DNA of 64,000 bases from Candidatus Saccharimonadia bacterium (GTDB lineage: Bacteria; Patescibacteriota; Saccharimonadia; UBA4664): positions 6,449 to 70,448 of the forward strand of contig DATKIP010000010.1 of the NCBI GenBank assembly GCA_035544015.1, in the 5' to 3' direction. Numbering within the stretch: the first letter of the stretch is position 1; the number at the start of each line of letters is the position of its first letter. The notes below the pieces were generated by a model, which did no database searches, was not told the DNA's origin, and saw nothing but the letters and a program-made list of their open reading frames with translations. Below, in pieces: positions 9,230-18,627 of the stretch. The translations under genes were made by a program, and so were the position numbers.

Positions 9230-10317
9230 AACGTTGCAGTACAGATGTACGTTAACGTCGCCGTATACACACCTGCCGCTTGATCGCCGCCCACATTCAC
9301 GACATACGAGTTGGTAAACACATTGCTCTTCGTCACCCCCGCCACACTCGCTACCGTATCGCCATTGAAAAACCGAAAGCTATCGGGCGTGTTGTAGCCG
9401 CCAAATCCCGTCGCCGTACCGAGGCCGCTCACGTCCGTGCCCACATTGGGAGTCGCGTTATCGCGCACATTGGTGCCAAATTGCGCCACCCCTGTAGCAG
9501 CACTACAACTCGGCGTGCAACCGCCGGAATTCCCGCTCTGCGTCCCCATGGCCGCAATGGTGTTCGAGCCGCTCGTGAGCGTGGTGCCGTGAAGCGTGAT
9601 GGCGTAGCCAAAACCCGCATTGGTGCTCGCGCTCATGAGGCTCGTGCCGGTGTTCGTGGCTGTGGGCGAAAACACCCCCAGGTTCACCGCCGACCCCGTG
9701 ATATTGGTGCAATCGGTCCCGCTCGTTCCCACGCAAAACACGAGGCTCTCGGGCATCACGCCGCTCGCCACGATCTGGTTGGCCGTATCCATCGCCACCG
9801 CCCCAAAGTCCGTCCCCGGATACGCCGGCGCTGCAGCCGCCGCATCAGTATAGGTTGAGATGCGCAGAAAATACTCTTTGTTGCTAGCGCTCGGATTCGT
9901 CACATTGTTGAGCACCACCGAGGCCGCACCGTTCAAGGTAGCCGCCGAATGCGTCAGCACCAGATTCGTCCCCGAGGCCGAGGCGCCCGTCTGCGACCCC
10001 ACCGACCACCCCAAGCCGAGCGACATACTCCCAAGCGTCGCCGCCCCCAGGCTGGCCCCGCTCGAGTCACCCGTACCCGCACAGGCCGTAGTCAGCACCG
10101 GCGAGTCACAAATCTCAAATTTGATCGAGCCCAACGATTGGCTCCCCGAAAGCGTAAACCCAATCGTGTACGCCACCCCCGTGGCGCCCCCGGCCGAGGT
10201 CGACACCACCGCATTGCGGCTCGTCAGCTGGCCAGCCGCCTGCGCGACAGGCGATAACCCAGCACACACCACGAGCCCCACAACCATCGCCGCTATTATT
10301 TTTTTTGTTTGTTTCAT
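9226..10317 (-). CDS. secreted WxL-like surface protein paralog
   Basis: MKQTKKIIAAMVVGLVVCAGLSPVAQA signal. FEICDSP, LVFCVGTSGTDC, FGTNVRDNATPNVGTDVSG. C-terminus GVYTATLTYICTATF. Confidence 0.55.
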   Translation of the reverse strand: MKQTKKIIAAMVVGLVVCAGLSPVAQAAGQLTSRNAVVSTSAGGATGVAYTIGFTLSGSQSLGSIKFEICDSPVLTTACAGTGDSSGASLGAATLGSMSLGLGWSVGSQTGASASGTNLVLTHSAATLNGAASVVLNNVTNPSASNKEYFLRISTYTDAAAAAPAYPGTDFGAVAMDTANQIVASGVMPESLVFCVGTSGTDCTNITGSAVNLGVFSPTATNTGTSLMSASTNAGFGYAITLHGTTLTSGSNTIAAMGTQSGNSGGCTPSCSAATGVAQFGTNVRDNATPNVGTDVSGLGTATGFGGYNTPDSFRFFNGDTVASVAGVTKSNVFTNSYVVNVGGDQAAGVYTATLTYICTATF

Positions 10318-10348
10318 AGCTTACTCACCCCCGCGGACGAGAAATCAA

Positions 10349-11452
10349 TTAGAACGTACCGGTCGCGACCCAAGTAAACGTCGCACTATATGCACCAGGC
10401 TTGGTCGTATTCCCTGCTTGCGCCGCATAGGCCACAGTGTAAAGGTTGGGAACGGTCGGCCCAGTAGAGCTCGCCACCGTCCGCGGCGTAGCACCGGCCT
10501 GGAACGCGAAGTTGTCGATCGTATTGTATGGCGCGCTCACCGCTCCCGAACCCGACCCACTAATGTCGGCGCCAATGTTGGGCGTAGCGTTATCGCGCAA
10601 GTTAATGCCAAACTTCCCCGTCCCAGCCACAAACGTTCCCGCCGTGCCCCCAAAATCCGTGATACAGTCGTTGCTCGAGCTCAGACTCCCCGCGCAAGCC
10701 GTGCCGCCGGTGCCGCCCGGACTCGTCGTGATGTAGGTGATCACGTATCCCGTAGTCGCGTTCGTATCCACCGCCATGAGCGAGATGCCGCCGGAAGGCG
10801 TCGAGGAGCTCAACACGTTGTCGCTGCCCACACCCAAGTTCACCGTGGTTCCAGTCAAACCACCGCCCCCGCAACCCGTGCCGCTCGTGCCCACACAAAA
10901 CGTCAGGCTTTCTTGCACGTTCGCCGCCAAACTAATCTGGCGCGCCGTCGACACCGCCATGGCGCCGAAGTCGAGCTCAGCCGAAGCCCCCGTGTCGGAA
11001 TACGTCGTAATACGCGTGTAGTAACTCAAGTTGGCCGTATTCGGATTGGTCACCGCGTTAAACTGCGCGGTAAATGTAGCATTACCCGCGGTACCCGTGG
11101 CGTTCGAAATGATCACCTGGGTAGCATTCTGCGTTCCCGAAATCGCAAAGCTACTGAGTGCTGCCGAGGTCGGCGCCGTAGTCTGGAACGTCGCAGTCGC
11201 TATGCTCGCACTGCTCGGCGCCGCACAGGTGGTTTGCTGTAGCGGCGAGTCACACACCTGAAATTTAATTCCCTTCACCGTCGTCGCGGTCGGACCCGTC
11301 CACGTAAACGCATAGCTCGTACTCGCCGCCGCCGCCGAACTCGTGAGCGTAGTCGACCGAGCCGTAATCTGAGCCGCACTCGCCGCCGTGGGGATACTCG
11401 ACGCCCCCAGCACCAACGACACCAACCCAAACCACGTCACCGCCCGACGCAT
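10349..11452 (-). CDS. secreted WxL-like surface protein paralog (start taken at the MRRAVTWFG signal peptide; the ORF track extends to 11539 via a TTG codon)
   Basis: FQVCDSP, LTFCVGTSGTGC, FGINLRDNATPNIGADISG. C-terminus GAYSATFTWVATGTF retains the W of WxL. Confidence 0.55.
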   Translation of the reverse strand: MRRAVTWFGLVSLVLGASSIPTAASAAQITARSTTLTSSAAAASTSYAFTWTGPTATTVKGIKFQVCDSPLQQTTCAAPSSASIATATFQTTAPTSAALSSFAISGTQNATQVIISNATGTAGNATFTAQFNAVTNPNTANLSYYTRITTYSDTGASAELDFGAMAVSTARQISLAANVQESLTFCVGTSGTGCGGGGLTGTTVNLGVGSDNVLSSSTPSGGISLMAVDTNATTGYVITYITTSPGGTGGTACAGSLSSSNDCITDFGGTAGTFVAGTGKFGINLRDNATPNIGADISGSGSGAVSAPYNTIDNFAFQAGATPRTVASSTGPTVPNLYTVAYAAQAGNTTKPGAYSATFTWVATGTF

Positions 11453-11596
11453 CAACCCGCGGTAATGAGCGTATAAAATTTCCCGCTTGGTCATGTGCTT
11501 GATAAATCCTTCATTTATTTTGCTGCGGCCACTATCCAATTCATCATAGCATAAGCACTGTTTCGAGTGTCAATGAACTCGCGTGCGGCAAGCACT

Positions 11597-12373
11597 TTAA
11601 TAGGTCCCGGTAGCCACCAACTCCAATGTACTCGTATATTTTCCACCTGGCGTCGTCGTGCTCATGTTGGCCAAAAAGGTCATGGTGTAGTCCGTCTCAC
11701 CCGACGACTTCGGCGCCGAAGCCACCACTTCACCGCTGTTAAAGCGCCATTTATCCGAAATCGTATACGGCCGCGTCGTGCCATAGGTTCCGGTCACCCC
11801 GTCGCCCGCCACGCCGTAGCTAAATGATCCCGACGGCACTTGCGCCGGATTGGCGCCCACCGCCGCCGACGTATTAAGCACCGTGTTCACCCCAAATTGC
11901 TCCGTCCCCACACTCGACGCCGTATCGGTAGTCAGCGGGGTCAGCGCGTGACTACCGTTTTTGGGTGGCGTCCCGATAGCGGTTATCACATAGCCATACG
12001 TCGTGTAGTTGATGGCCGAAAACGTCGCTACTCCCGTCGCCTTCACGCTCGTCGACAAGGCCCCCAAATTAACCGTAGCCGTATTCACAATAAACGTCAG
12101 CCCCGGCTGAGCCGTCGTATTAAACCCCGCTCCCGACGAATAATTCGTCGAGCTCGAAGTGCCCACCGCGGTTTCACCCAAACTACTACCCCCATCGTCC
12201 ACCCCCGGCGCGTAGCTATAATGCGACGAAGCCCCCGTGAAATCCCCGCCGGCTCCCACTTCACTCTCGTTAAGGCTATAGCTCGCCGATTGCTGCAGCT
12301 CGGCATGCGCCGCCCCACTCGCGGCCACCGCCACGACACACGCCACCACCAACTGTCGACTCCAACGTCTCAT
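11597..12373 (-). CDS. shorter secreted WxL-like surface protein paralog (258 aa); first gene of module-A operon
   Basis: Signal MRRWSRQLVVACVVAVAASGAAHA. FGVNTVLNTSAAVGANPAQVPSG. C-terminus GKYTSTLELVATGTY. Confidence 0.5.
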   Translation of the reverse strand: MRRWSRQLVVACVVAVAASGAAHAELQQSASYSLNESEVGAGGDFTGASSHYSYAPGVDDGGSSLGETAVGTSSSTNYSSGAGFNTTAQPGLTFIVNTATVNLGALSTSVKATGVATFSAINYTTYGYVITAIGTPPKNGSHALTPLTTDTASSVGTEQFGVNTVLNTSAAVGANPAQVPSGSFSYGVAGDGVTGTYGTTRPYTISDKWRFNSGEVVASAPKSSGETDYTMTFLANMSTTTPGGKYTSTLELVATGTY

Positions 12374-12483
12374 TAAAATCCATCTTGAACCATTTGCCCA
12401 CCACGCGCAATCCGCTCAAGCTCCGATGGAATATCCGAAGCTTGAGCAGTATACTGAAGCTCATAGTAAGCTAGTGAGCCACC

Positions 12484-13431
12484 ATGCCCCCGGGCAGCAC
12501 CCCACCTTTGGCGCCGTCTCCCCAGACGCCCCTCCCCAAACCGCCTCCGCCGGCCAAAAACCGGCACGCTGGCTGGCACCGACTTACCGACCGGGCCAAT
12601 GTCGTCGGCGCCGTGGTCGGCCTCTTTGCCTTTTTGCTCGCCGTCGGCGGGGTAGTGGGATTTTACTACGCCCGGCTCAACCAGCCGGCCAAAACCGAAC
12701 CCAAGAGTAATGTCACCGCCCTCAGCCCCGCTGAGCTCGCCAAACTCAGCGAGATCGGCAATAGCCTCGGCAGCTCCGGCCAAACCCTCAACATCGGCGC
12801 CGGCGCCCTCTTCCGCGGCAAGGTCGATGTGGCCGGCGACCTTTCCATCGGCGGCCGCCTCAACGCCAACGGCCCCGTCACCCTCAGCCAGCTCAATGTC
12901 ACCGGTGGCGGGGGTGTGATCGGCCTCAATGTCGGCTCCAATCTCAACGTCACCGGCACCACCGTCCTGCAGCAAACACTGAGCGTCACCGGACTCGCCA
13001 CCTTCGCCGGCGGCATCAATGTCGGCGGCAATGCCAGCTTCAACGCCATCAACGCCAGCTCACTGGCCGTGCGCAACCTCAGCATTTCCGGTCCGCTCGT
13101 CGTCGGCCACCTCACCACCCAGGGCCCCACGCCGGGCTTCGTCACCGGCCCGGCCGTCGGCTCAGGCGGCACCGCCAGCATCAGCGGCAACGACACCGCC
13201 GGCACGCTCAATTTCAACACCGGCGGCGGCCCACCCAGCGGCGTGCTCGGCACCATCACCTTCCGCGCCGCCTACACCGCCACCGTCCACGTGCTGCTCA
13301 CTCCGCTCACCGGCGCCGGCGCCGCCACGCCCGCCTATGTCACCCGCACCACCGGCGGCTTCCAGGTGCACACCGACACCGCCCCACCCAGCGGCGCCGT
13401 ATTGAGTTATGATTACTTGGTAACGCAATAG
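12484..13431 (+). CDS. membrane-anchored protein: Pro-rich N-terminus, one TM helix, beta-helix-like L-x-V-x-G repeats, conserved C-terminal beta-sandwich (H-type-lectin/tail-fibre-like?) domain
   Basis: TM VVGAVVGLFAFLLAVGGVVGFYY. Repeats LNVTGGGGVIGLNVGSNLNVTGTTVLQQTLSVTGLATFAGGINVGG. C-terminal GTITFRAAYTATVHVLLTPL...VLSYDYLVTQ. Paralog of 33709-34836. Divergent from the module-A operon. Confidence 0.6.
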   Translation: MPPGSTPPLAPSPQTPLPKPPPPAKNRHAGWHRLTDRANVVGAVVGLFAFLLAVGGVVGFYYARLNQPAKTEPKSNVTALSPAELAKLSEIGNSLGSSGQTLNIGAGALFRGKVDVAGDLSIGGRLNANGPVTLSQLNVTGGGGVIGLNVGSNLNVTGTTVLQQTLSVTGLATFAGGINVGGNASFNAINASSLAVRNLSISGPLVVGHLTTQGPTPGFVTGPAVGSGGTASISGNDTAGTLNFNTGGGPPSGVLGTITFRAAYTATVHVLLTPLTGAGAATPAYVTRTTGGFQVHTDTAPPSGAVLSYDYLVTQ

Positions 13432-13450
13432 TAATCACGGAAACTCCACC

Positions 13451-14026
13451 ATGCCTCGCGTAGAACCAAATCCCCCCTCTGTCATTCTCGGCAAATACTG
13501 GCCCCTCACCCTCTTGGCCGTCGTGCTTGTACTCGGCGGCATCGGCGCCGTGGTCTACCAAAACCGCACCGGCCACCGCCTCTCCCTCACGCCCACTCCC
13601 AGCGCCCCCGCCGCCACCCCCGCCTCGACTGCCACCCTCTATCTCTTCCCCGCCGCCGGCACCATTACCGCCGGCGGTACGCTCACCATCGAGATCCGCG
13701 AAAACAGCGGCGCCGCTGCCGTAAACGCTGTACAGGCCAACTTCACCTACCCCGCCGATAAGCTCGATTTCGTCAGCGCCGACGCCGCCACCGGCGCCTT
13801 TAGCATTGCGGCCGAATCCACCGGCCAAAACGGCCTGGTCAAGATCGCCCGCGGCACCATCAAACCCGTGAGCTCCGACCATTCAGTCGCCAAAGTCACC
13901 TTCCGCGCCAAAACCACGCCCGGCACCGCCGCTCTGAGCTTCGCCGCCGGCTCGGCCCTCATTTCGACCCCCGGCGCCGCCAACATCCTGGGCACCCCCA
14001 CCGGCGCCACCCTCACCATCAAATAA
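13451..14026 (+). CDS. membrane-anchored protein with cohesin-like beta-sandwich domain (tentative)
   Basis: N-terminal TM WPLTLLAVVLVLGGIGAVVY. LTIEIRENSGAAAVNAVQANFTYPADKLDFVSADAATGAFSIAA...VAKVTFRAKTTPGTAALSF resembles type-I cohesin strand pattern. Confidence 0.4.
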   Translation: MPRVEPNPPSVILGKYWPLTLLAVVLVLGGIGAVVYQNRTGHRLSLTPTPSAPAATPASTATLYLFPAAGTITAGGTLTIEIRENSGAAAVNAVQANFTYPADKLDFVSADAATGAFSIAAESTGQNGLVKIARGTIKPVSSDHSVAKVTFRAKTTPGTAALSFAAGSALISTPGAANILGTPTGATLTIK

Positions 14027-14039
14027 CCCCCCGCTAGCC

Positions 14040-17000
14040 TTACGGTGCCGTGTCCAAAATGCAGCCGTTCGCCGGCGTCGCATTACACCCCGTGTTCGTA
14101 AACGCCGCCCCGTGCCGCAGCCGCCGCGTCGGGTTGGCGTGGTAGTACAAATCAATCTCCGACACGTTCGTCTCCGCGCTCGTCGCCACATCCGGGAAAG
14201 TACCCGACAAGCTGTCATCGAGCACCAATACAATCAGGTAGTTAAATGCCACCCCCGTATTCGCACCACTCGAATCCAGCGGCTGCACCCCGTAGAAGTT
14301 GTTAAAAATCACCGGGTCAAACACTTGCGCCACCCCAAATTGGGTCGCGCTCGCCTGCTCGGTGTAAAACCGCACCGCCACCTTGCTTTCCGGCCCCGAC
14401 AGCGATCCCGTGAGTACCAGCTGACTCGGCGAGGTATCCACCTCGGTATTAAACAATTTCGAATAATGCCCCGTCCGCGCGATCGCGAACTGCCCCGCGC
14501 GATCATTGGCCGCCGACACGGTAGTACATACCCCGGCGCTCAACACACAACCACCCGTCACATACATCACGCCGCCAAACAACGCCGCCGCGCCATGCGC
14601 ATGCGCGCCGCTCATCGCATTCGCCGAATGTTGGGTGGTACCGAGAGTACCATTCGCATTAATGTCCACATAGAGCACCTCAGCCGTCGACCCCTCGTCT
14701 CCCACAAAATACATATAGCCGTTCGCAGCCACCGCCTGCCGCGCCACCATCCCGCGGGCCACATCGGTGGTGTAGCTCCAGCTGGCGATCGAACCATCCG
14801 CCGCCACGGTGCCAAACTGCACATCGAGCAAATTATTGGTGCCATCGGTACCACCTATCACGTACAACTTGCCGTTATACGACACGAGGCTAAAGCCCGA
14901 CCGCGCCGTCGTGAATCCTGTCGTGTTGAGCGTCCACGTCCCCAGCCCGCCAGTACTAGTATTAATAGCCGCGTAATACACATCGCTTTTCTTCGTTCCC
15001 GAGCCATTATCTCCGCCCGCCACAAACAAATAACCGCGTGCAATCGCCGCCCCAAAGCTGGTGCGATCCGTCCCAGCCGGCAGATCGGCGTTCGTCCACG
15101 AGCCGCCCAGCGTACCCGTACTATCGATCGTGGTGTACCACACCGTCGCTGTCGCCCCCGAGCTCGCACTCTTGCCACCGATCACATACAAATACCCGTT
15201 ATACGCCACTGCCTGCAACGACGACCGCACCTCGCCACTTGGCAGCGAAGTTTGCGCCGTCCAGCTGCCCGTCACCTTGCCTCCCGGATCAATGTCGGCT
15301 CGCTCGATATCACCAAGCCCCGTACTGCAAGCCCCCGTCGTGTACACTCGGCAGCCTCCGATCACATACAGCTTACCGTTGTACGCCACCGACGCGTGAT
15401 CCGCCCGCCCCGCCGTTCCGCCGACCGTCGGCAAATCCACCACATTGCCGGTACCAGTGGTAAACGCCCCCGTCTGCCCATTGCCACCATTATTGGGCTC
15501 ATACAGCTCGGTCGTGTTCGCCGTCGTCACGAACGCCGTCGCGCACTGCTTGAACGTCCCCGCCGCCAGCGTCCCAGCGCACCCGCCCATGATGTACATG
15601 TACCCACCCGTCGCCACCGCCGTCGTCTCGCCCCGCGCCGTCGAGAGCTGCCCATCCGTCTTGGTGTACGACAACGTCGTCGCCTGGCCAATGTTGGCCG
15701 CCGCCCACACATTGCCGGCGTCCGGCGCCGTCGGGCTGCCGGTCGTGGGATCAAGCTTGGTCCAGCGAATCGTCGCCTGCTGCGTCGTCGATCCCGTATT
15801 GTACCCGCCAAAACTATACAAATAGCCATTGTGCACCGCCATGCCCATCCCCCGGCTCGCAAACGCCCCTGTCAATGTCCCCAGATCGGCGATCGTCAAA
15901 TTCCCGCTGTTGTCGATCGCGATCCGCTCGGTCGCATGCGCCGTTGTCACGTACGTCCCGCCCGAAGTCGACATGCCGCCCACCACATACAGCCAGTTGC
16001 CCCACTGCCCGCCGCCGATGTCCCACCGCGCGTTGGCGAGCGTCGCGGCGGTAGCCGGATTGGACGTCAGCTTGGCCGTCGCCCACGCCCCCGGCGCATT
16101 GCTCGCGATGGTCGATTTATAGATCGTAGTCGCTACCGTCGTGCCATTGCTCAGTCCCCCCATCACGAATATCATATTGTGCCACACCGCCGCATACCCA
16201 AACGCCAGCGCTCCCGGCAAAGCATTGGCCTCCATCGTAAACGTCCCCAGCGTACCGTTCGATGCCTGCGTCGCCGACTGCACCGTCGCTTGGTACGAAT
16301 CCACATTGCCGGTGGTATACTCCACACCCCCGATCACGTAAATTTTGTTGTTGTACCCCACCACCATGTGCCCAATCCGCCCGGCCTTGTTGGTGCCGTT
16401 GCCGATCAATACATTACCCGCCGAGGCAAACGCCCCCATCGAGCCGTTCGCATTGATCTGGGCGTACTCCACCAGCGAGCTATAGGTGTTGTTGCACGTC
16501 GCGTTATTGGCCGTGCTGCAGCCCCCGATGTAATACATGTACCCGTTGAGCGCCACGCCCTTGCCGCCCATACGCGCCGTTGTTGAGTTGCTGTCAAACG
16601 GAAAACCGCTGTGGCCGCTCATGCCGTTATCGAAGCGGCCCACATTATCGAGGTTGGTTTTAAACGTTCCACCGCGCACTCCCGGCCCCGGGCTCGGGTC
16701 GTCGCCGTCGCATTGATTGGCACTAATCTCAATCGTGCAGCCGCCCACAAAATACAAATATCCGTTATAAAACGCCGACGACGGATTGCTGCGTTCCGGA
16801 GCCGTGGCACCCGTGTAGTCGTTCGATTGCTGCCACTCTCCCACGCTGCCGTCAGCATTCAGTACCGCGTATTGCGTATCCGAAATGAAATTGCTCGCCG
16901 CCCCGCACGGAAATCCCGTCACCCGGCAGCCGCCGTACACATAAATGTGGCCGCGTTCCACCGCCACCCCATGATCGCGCCGCGCCGTCGGAAACGCCGT

Positions 17001-18626
17001 CGTGCTGATCCACGAGCCCAGCGTGCCGTCGCTTTTGATCGGCGCGTACTCCACCGTACTGAGCACCGTCGGCGTACCCGTGCGGCCGCCCGTCACGTAC
17101 ACGAAGCCATTGTAAGCCGCACCCGAGAACCGGTCGCGCGCCGTCCCCAGCGCGGTCGTAGTGGTCCAGCTCGTGATGGTGCCGTCGCCGTTGATACGCG
17201 CATACTCCACACTCGTGAGCAAACTCCCGTTGCTCGTAGCGCCCTCACCACCCATCACGTACACCACGCCCTGATAATTAGCCCCTGCCATGTAGGCCCG
17301 CGCCGTACCCAGGCTAGTCGTGGTGCTCCACGTCCCCACCGAACCATCCGAGTTGATCTTGGCGTACTCCACGGTCGCGATCGGGTTGTTGCTGGTATTT
17401 TCCCCGCCCACCGCATACAAATAGCCGTTGTAACCAAACGCCACCAGCCCCTGCCGCGCCGTGTTCAGGCTCTGGTTGGTGCTCGTACCCGTCCAGGTCA
17501 GCGCCCCGGCCGCCCCAATCGAAGCGCTGTACACTACGTTGGTCGGCGTAGTGGCCGTACCGCTGTCGGCGCCGCCCCCAATGAGATACACAAAATTGTT
17601 GTACGCCACGAGCGCCCCCGCGTACCGTGCCACCGTGATGTTGGTGCCGGTGGTCCACGCCACCACCGATCCACCGCTCAGCGGCGCCCGGCCGATTTGG
17701 TCGGCCACCGAGGTGAGGTCGATGTTGTCGTCCACGCTTCCCAACACAAAGTCGGCCGTACTCCGCAACAAAAAGGTCGGATCAATCGAAAGCGGATAAT
17801 TTGCTTTGGCTAAGCCACGAGCCCGCACCACCAAATCCTTCCCGCTCAGCCCAAACCGCGCACTCACCGCACTGCGCTGGCCCGTTTCGCGCACCACCGG
17901 TGCCGGAATCGCAAACATCAAGTAGGTTTTGGCCCCCGCCACGCGCGCCTTATCGAGCATCTCGCGGTCATTGTCGCTGCCGTAGCTCACATTGCCATAC
18001 AGCTCCGGACTGGCCGTATAAAATCCCACGCTCCCGTCATCCTCCAGCCGCGCCTCCACCGTATCCGGAATATCCAAACGATAATGAAATTCCATCGCGT
18101 CCGCCTTCGGCGCCGAGGTCAGCACGATGTCTTCTTTCAGCCCATTGCCCTTGGGCGTAAACATCATCTGCCCCGCCGCATCTTTGAGCGGATACGTCAC
18201 CTGCCCATTACTGCTCCGCCCCTCCATGAGCGCCACCTGCGGCACAAATTTCACCGACACGTCGTTGACATTGTCGTGCACCTCCACCCCTTGCGCCGGA
18301 TTGTCAGGCAACGTAGCCGAATACAGCTGCGTGTCTTTTTTGCCCCCGGCCCCCACCGCCATTTGGAGCTTATCTTTCGGATCAGACCACGCGTCGGCTT
18401 GACCCTCGGCATTAAACACGCTCGCGTGTTTATCTTTGTCATACCGCAATTTGCTCATGAGCGCCGGGCTCGGCCGCTCCGCCACCGCTGCTGCCGCCGG
18501 CGTCATGCGATAGCGCTCATTCGTTACCAGCCAATCCGCCACCGGCGCCACCATACCCGCCAGCAACACCCCCATCACCACCGCATGCACCGGCCGGCGC
18601 ACATCGAGATTGATACCCAGCTTCAC
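14040..18626 (-). CDS. giant secreted multi-Kelch-repeat (beta-propeller) protein, 1528 aa, no anchor
   Basis: At least 20 repeats of the Kelch signature (YNGYLYAVGG, YQGVVYVMGG, YNGFVYVTGG, AYNGKLYVIGG, ...TVEYA.I..DG..G.W). GTG start at 18624-18626, 1 nt after the upstream stop (18628-18630). An alternative ATG (MGVLLAGMVAPVA) lies about 51 nt in. Confidence 0.75.
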   Translation of the reverse strand: MKLGINLDVRRPVHAVVMGVLLAGMVAPVADWLVTNERYRMTPAAAAVAERPSPALMSKLRYDKDKHASVFNAEGQADAWSDPKDKLQMAVGAGGKKDTQLYSATLPDNPAQGVEVHDNVNDVSVKFVPQVALMEGRSSNGQVTYPLKDAAGQMMFTPKGNGLKEDIVLTSAPKADAMEFHYRLDIPDTVEARLEDDGSVGFYTASPELYGNVSYGSDNDREMLDKARVAGAKTYLMFAIPAPVVRETGQRSAVSARFGLSGKDLVVRARGLAKANYPLSIDPTFLLRSTADFVLGSVDDNIDLTSVADQIGRAPLSGGSVVAWTTGTNITVARYAGALVAYNNFVYLIGGGADSGTATTPTNVVYSASIGAAGALTWTGTSTNQSLNTARQGLVAFGYNGYLYAVGGENTSNNPIATVEYAKINSDGSVGTWSTTTSLGTARAYMAGANYQGVVYVMGGEGATSNGSLLTSVEYARINGDGTITSWTTTTALGTARDRFSGAAYNGFVYVTGGRTGTPTVLSTVEYAPIKSDGTLGSWISTTAFPTARRDHGVAVERGHIYVYGGCRVTGFPCGAASNFISDTQYAVLNADGSVGEWQQSNDYTGATAPERSNPSSAFYNGYLYFVGGCTIEISANQCDGDDPSPGPGVRGGTFKTNLDNVGRFDNGMSGHSGFPFDSNSTTARMGGKGVALNGYMYYIGGCSTANNATCNNTYSSLVEYAQINANGSMGAFASAGNVLIGNGTNKAGRIGHMVVGYNNKIYVIGGVEYTTGNVDSYQATVQSATQASNGTLGTFTMEANALPGALAFGYAAVWHNMIFVMGGLSNGTTVATTIYKSTIASNAPGAWATAKLTSNPATAATLANARWDIGGGQWGNWLYVVGGMSTSGGTYVTTAHATERIAIDNSGNLTIADLGTLTGAFASRGMGMAVHNGYLYSFGGYNTGSTTQQATIRWTKLDPTTGSPTAPDAGNVWAAANIGQATTLSYTKTDGQLSTARGETTAVATGGYMYIMGGCAGTLAAGTFKQCATAFVTTANTTELYEPNNGGNGQTGAFTTGTGNVVDLPTVGGTAGRADHASVAYNGKLYVIGGCRVYTTGACSTGLGDIERADIDPGGKVTGSWTAQTSLPSGEVRSSLQAVAYNGYLYVIGGKSASSGATATVWYTTIDSTGTLGGSWTNADLPAGTDRTSFGAAIARGYLFVAGGDNGSGTKKSDVYYAAINTSTGGLGTWTLNTTGFTTARSGFSLVSYNGKLYVIGGTDGTNNLLDVQFGTVAADGSIASWSYTTDVARGMVARQAVAANGYMYFVGDEGSTAEVLYVDINANGTLGTTQHSANAMSGAHAHGAAALFGGVMYVTGGCVLSAGVCTTVSAANDRAGQFAIARTGHYSKLFNTEVDTSPSQLVLTGSLSGPESKVAVRFYTEQASATQFGVAQVFDPVIFNNFYGVQPLDSSGANTGVAFNYLIVLVLDDSLSGTFPDVATSAETNVSEIDLYYHANPTRRLRHGAAFTNTGCNATPANGCILDTAP

Positions 18627-18627
18627 C

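Noticed and set aside
8207-12373. Possibility that the 340-400-aa secreted paralogs are pilins or SCPU-type fimbrial subunits
   Set aside because: No usher, chaperone, sortase or prepilin peptidase nearby, no LPXTG or class-III signal. The WxL-like C-terminal motif plus DUF916/3324-like neighbours fit the Csc-type context better.
12373-13259. Gly/Ala-rich - strand ORFs (12373-12975, 12666-13259)
   Set aside because: Antisense to the well-supported + strand gene 12484-13431; low-complexity translations.
14112-16586. 824-aa + strand ORF
   Set aside because: Antisense to the Kelch mega-protein gene. Arg/His-rich with no motifs. Same artefact class as 18700-21027, 22666-23799, 24142-25542, 39192-40997, 60865-62508, 62576-63712.
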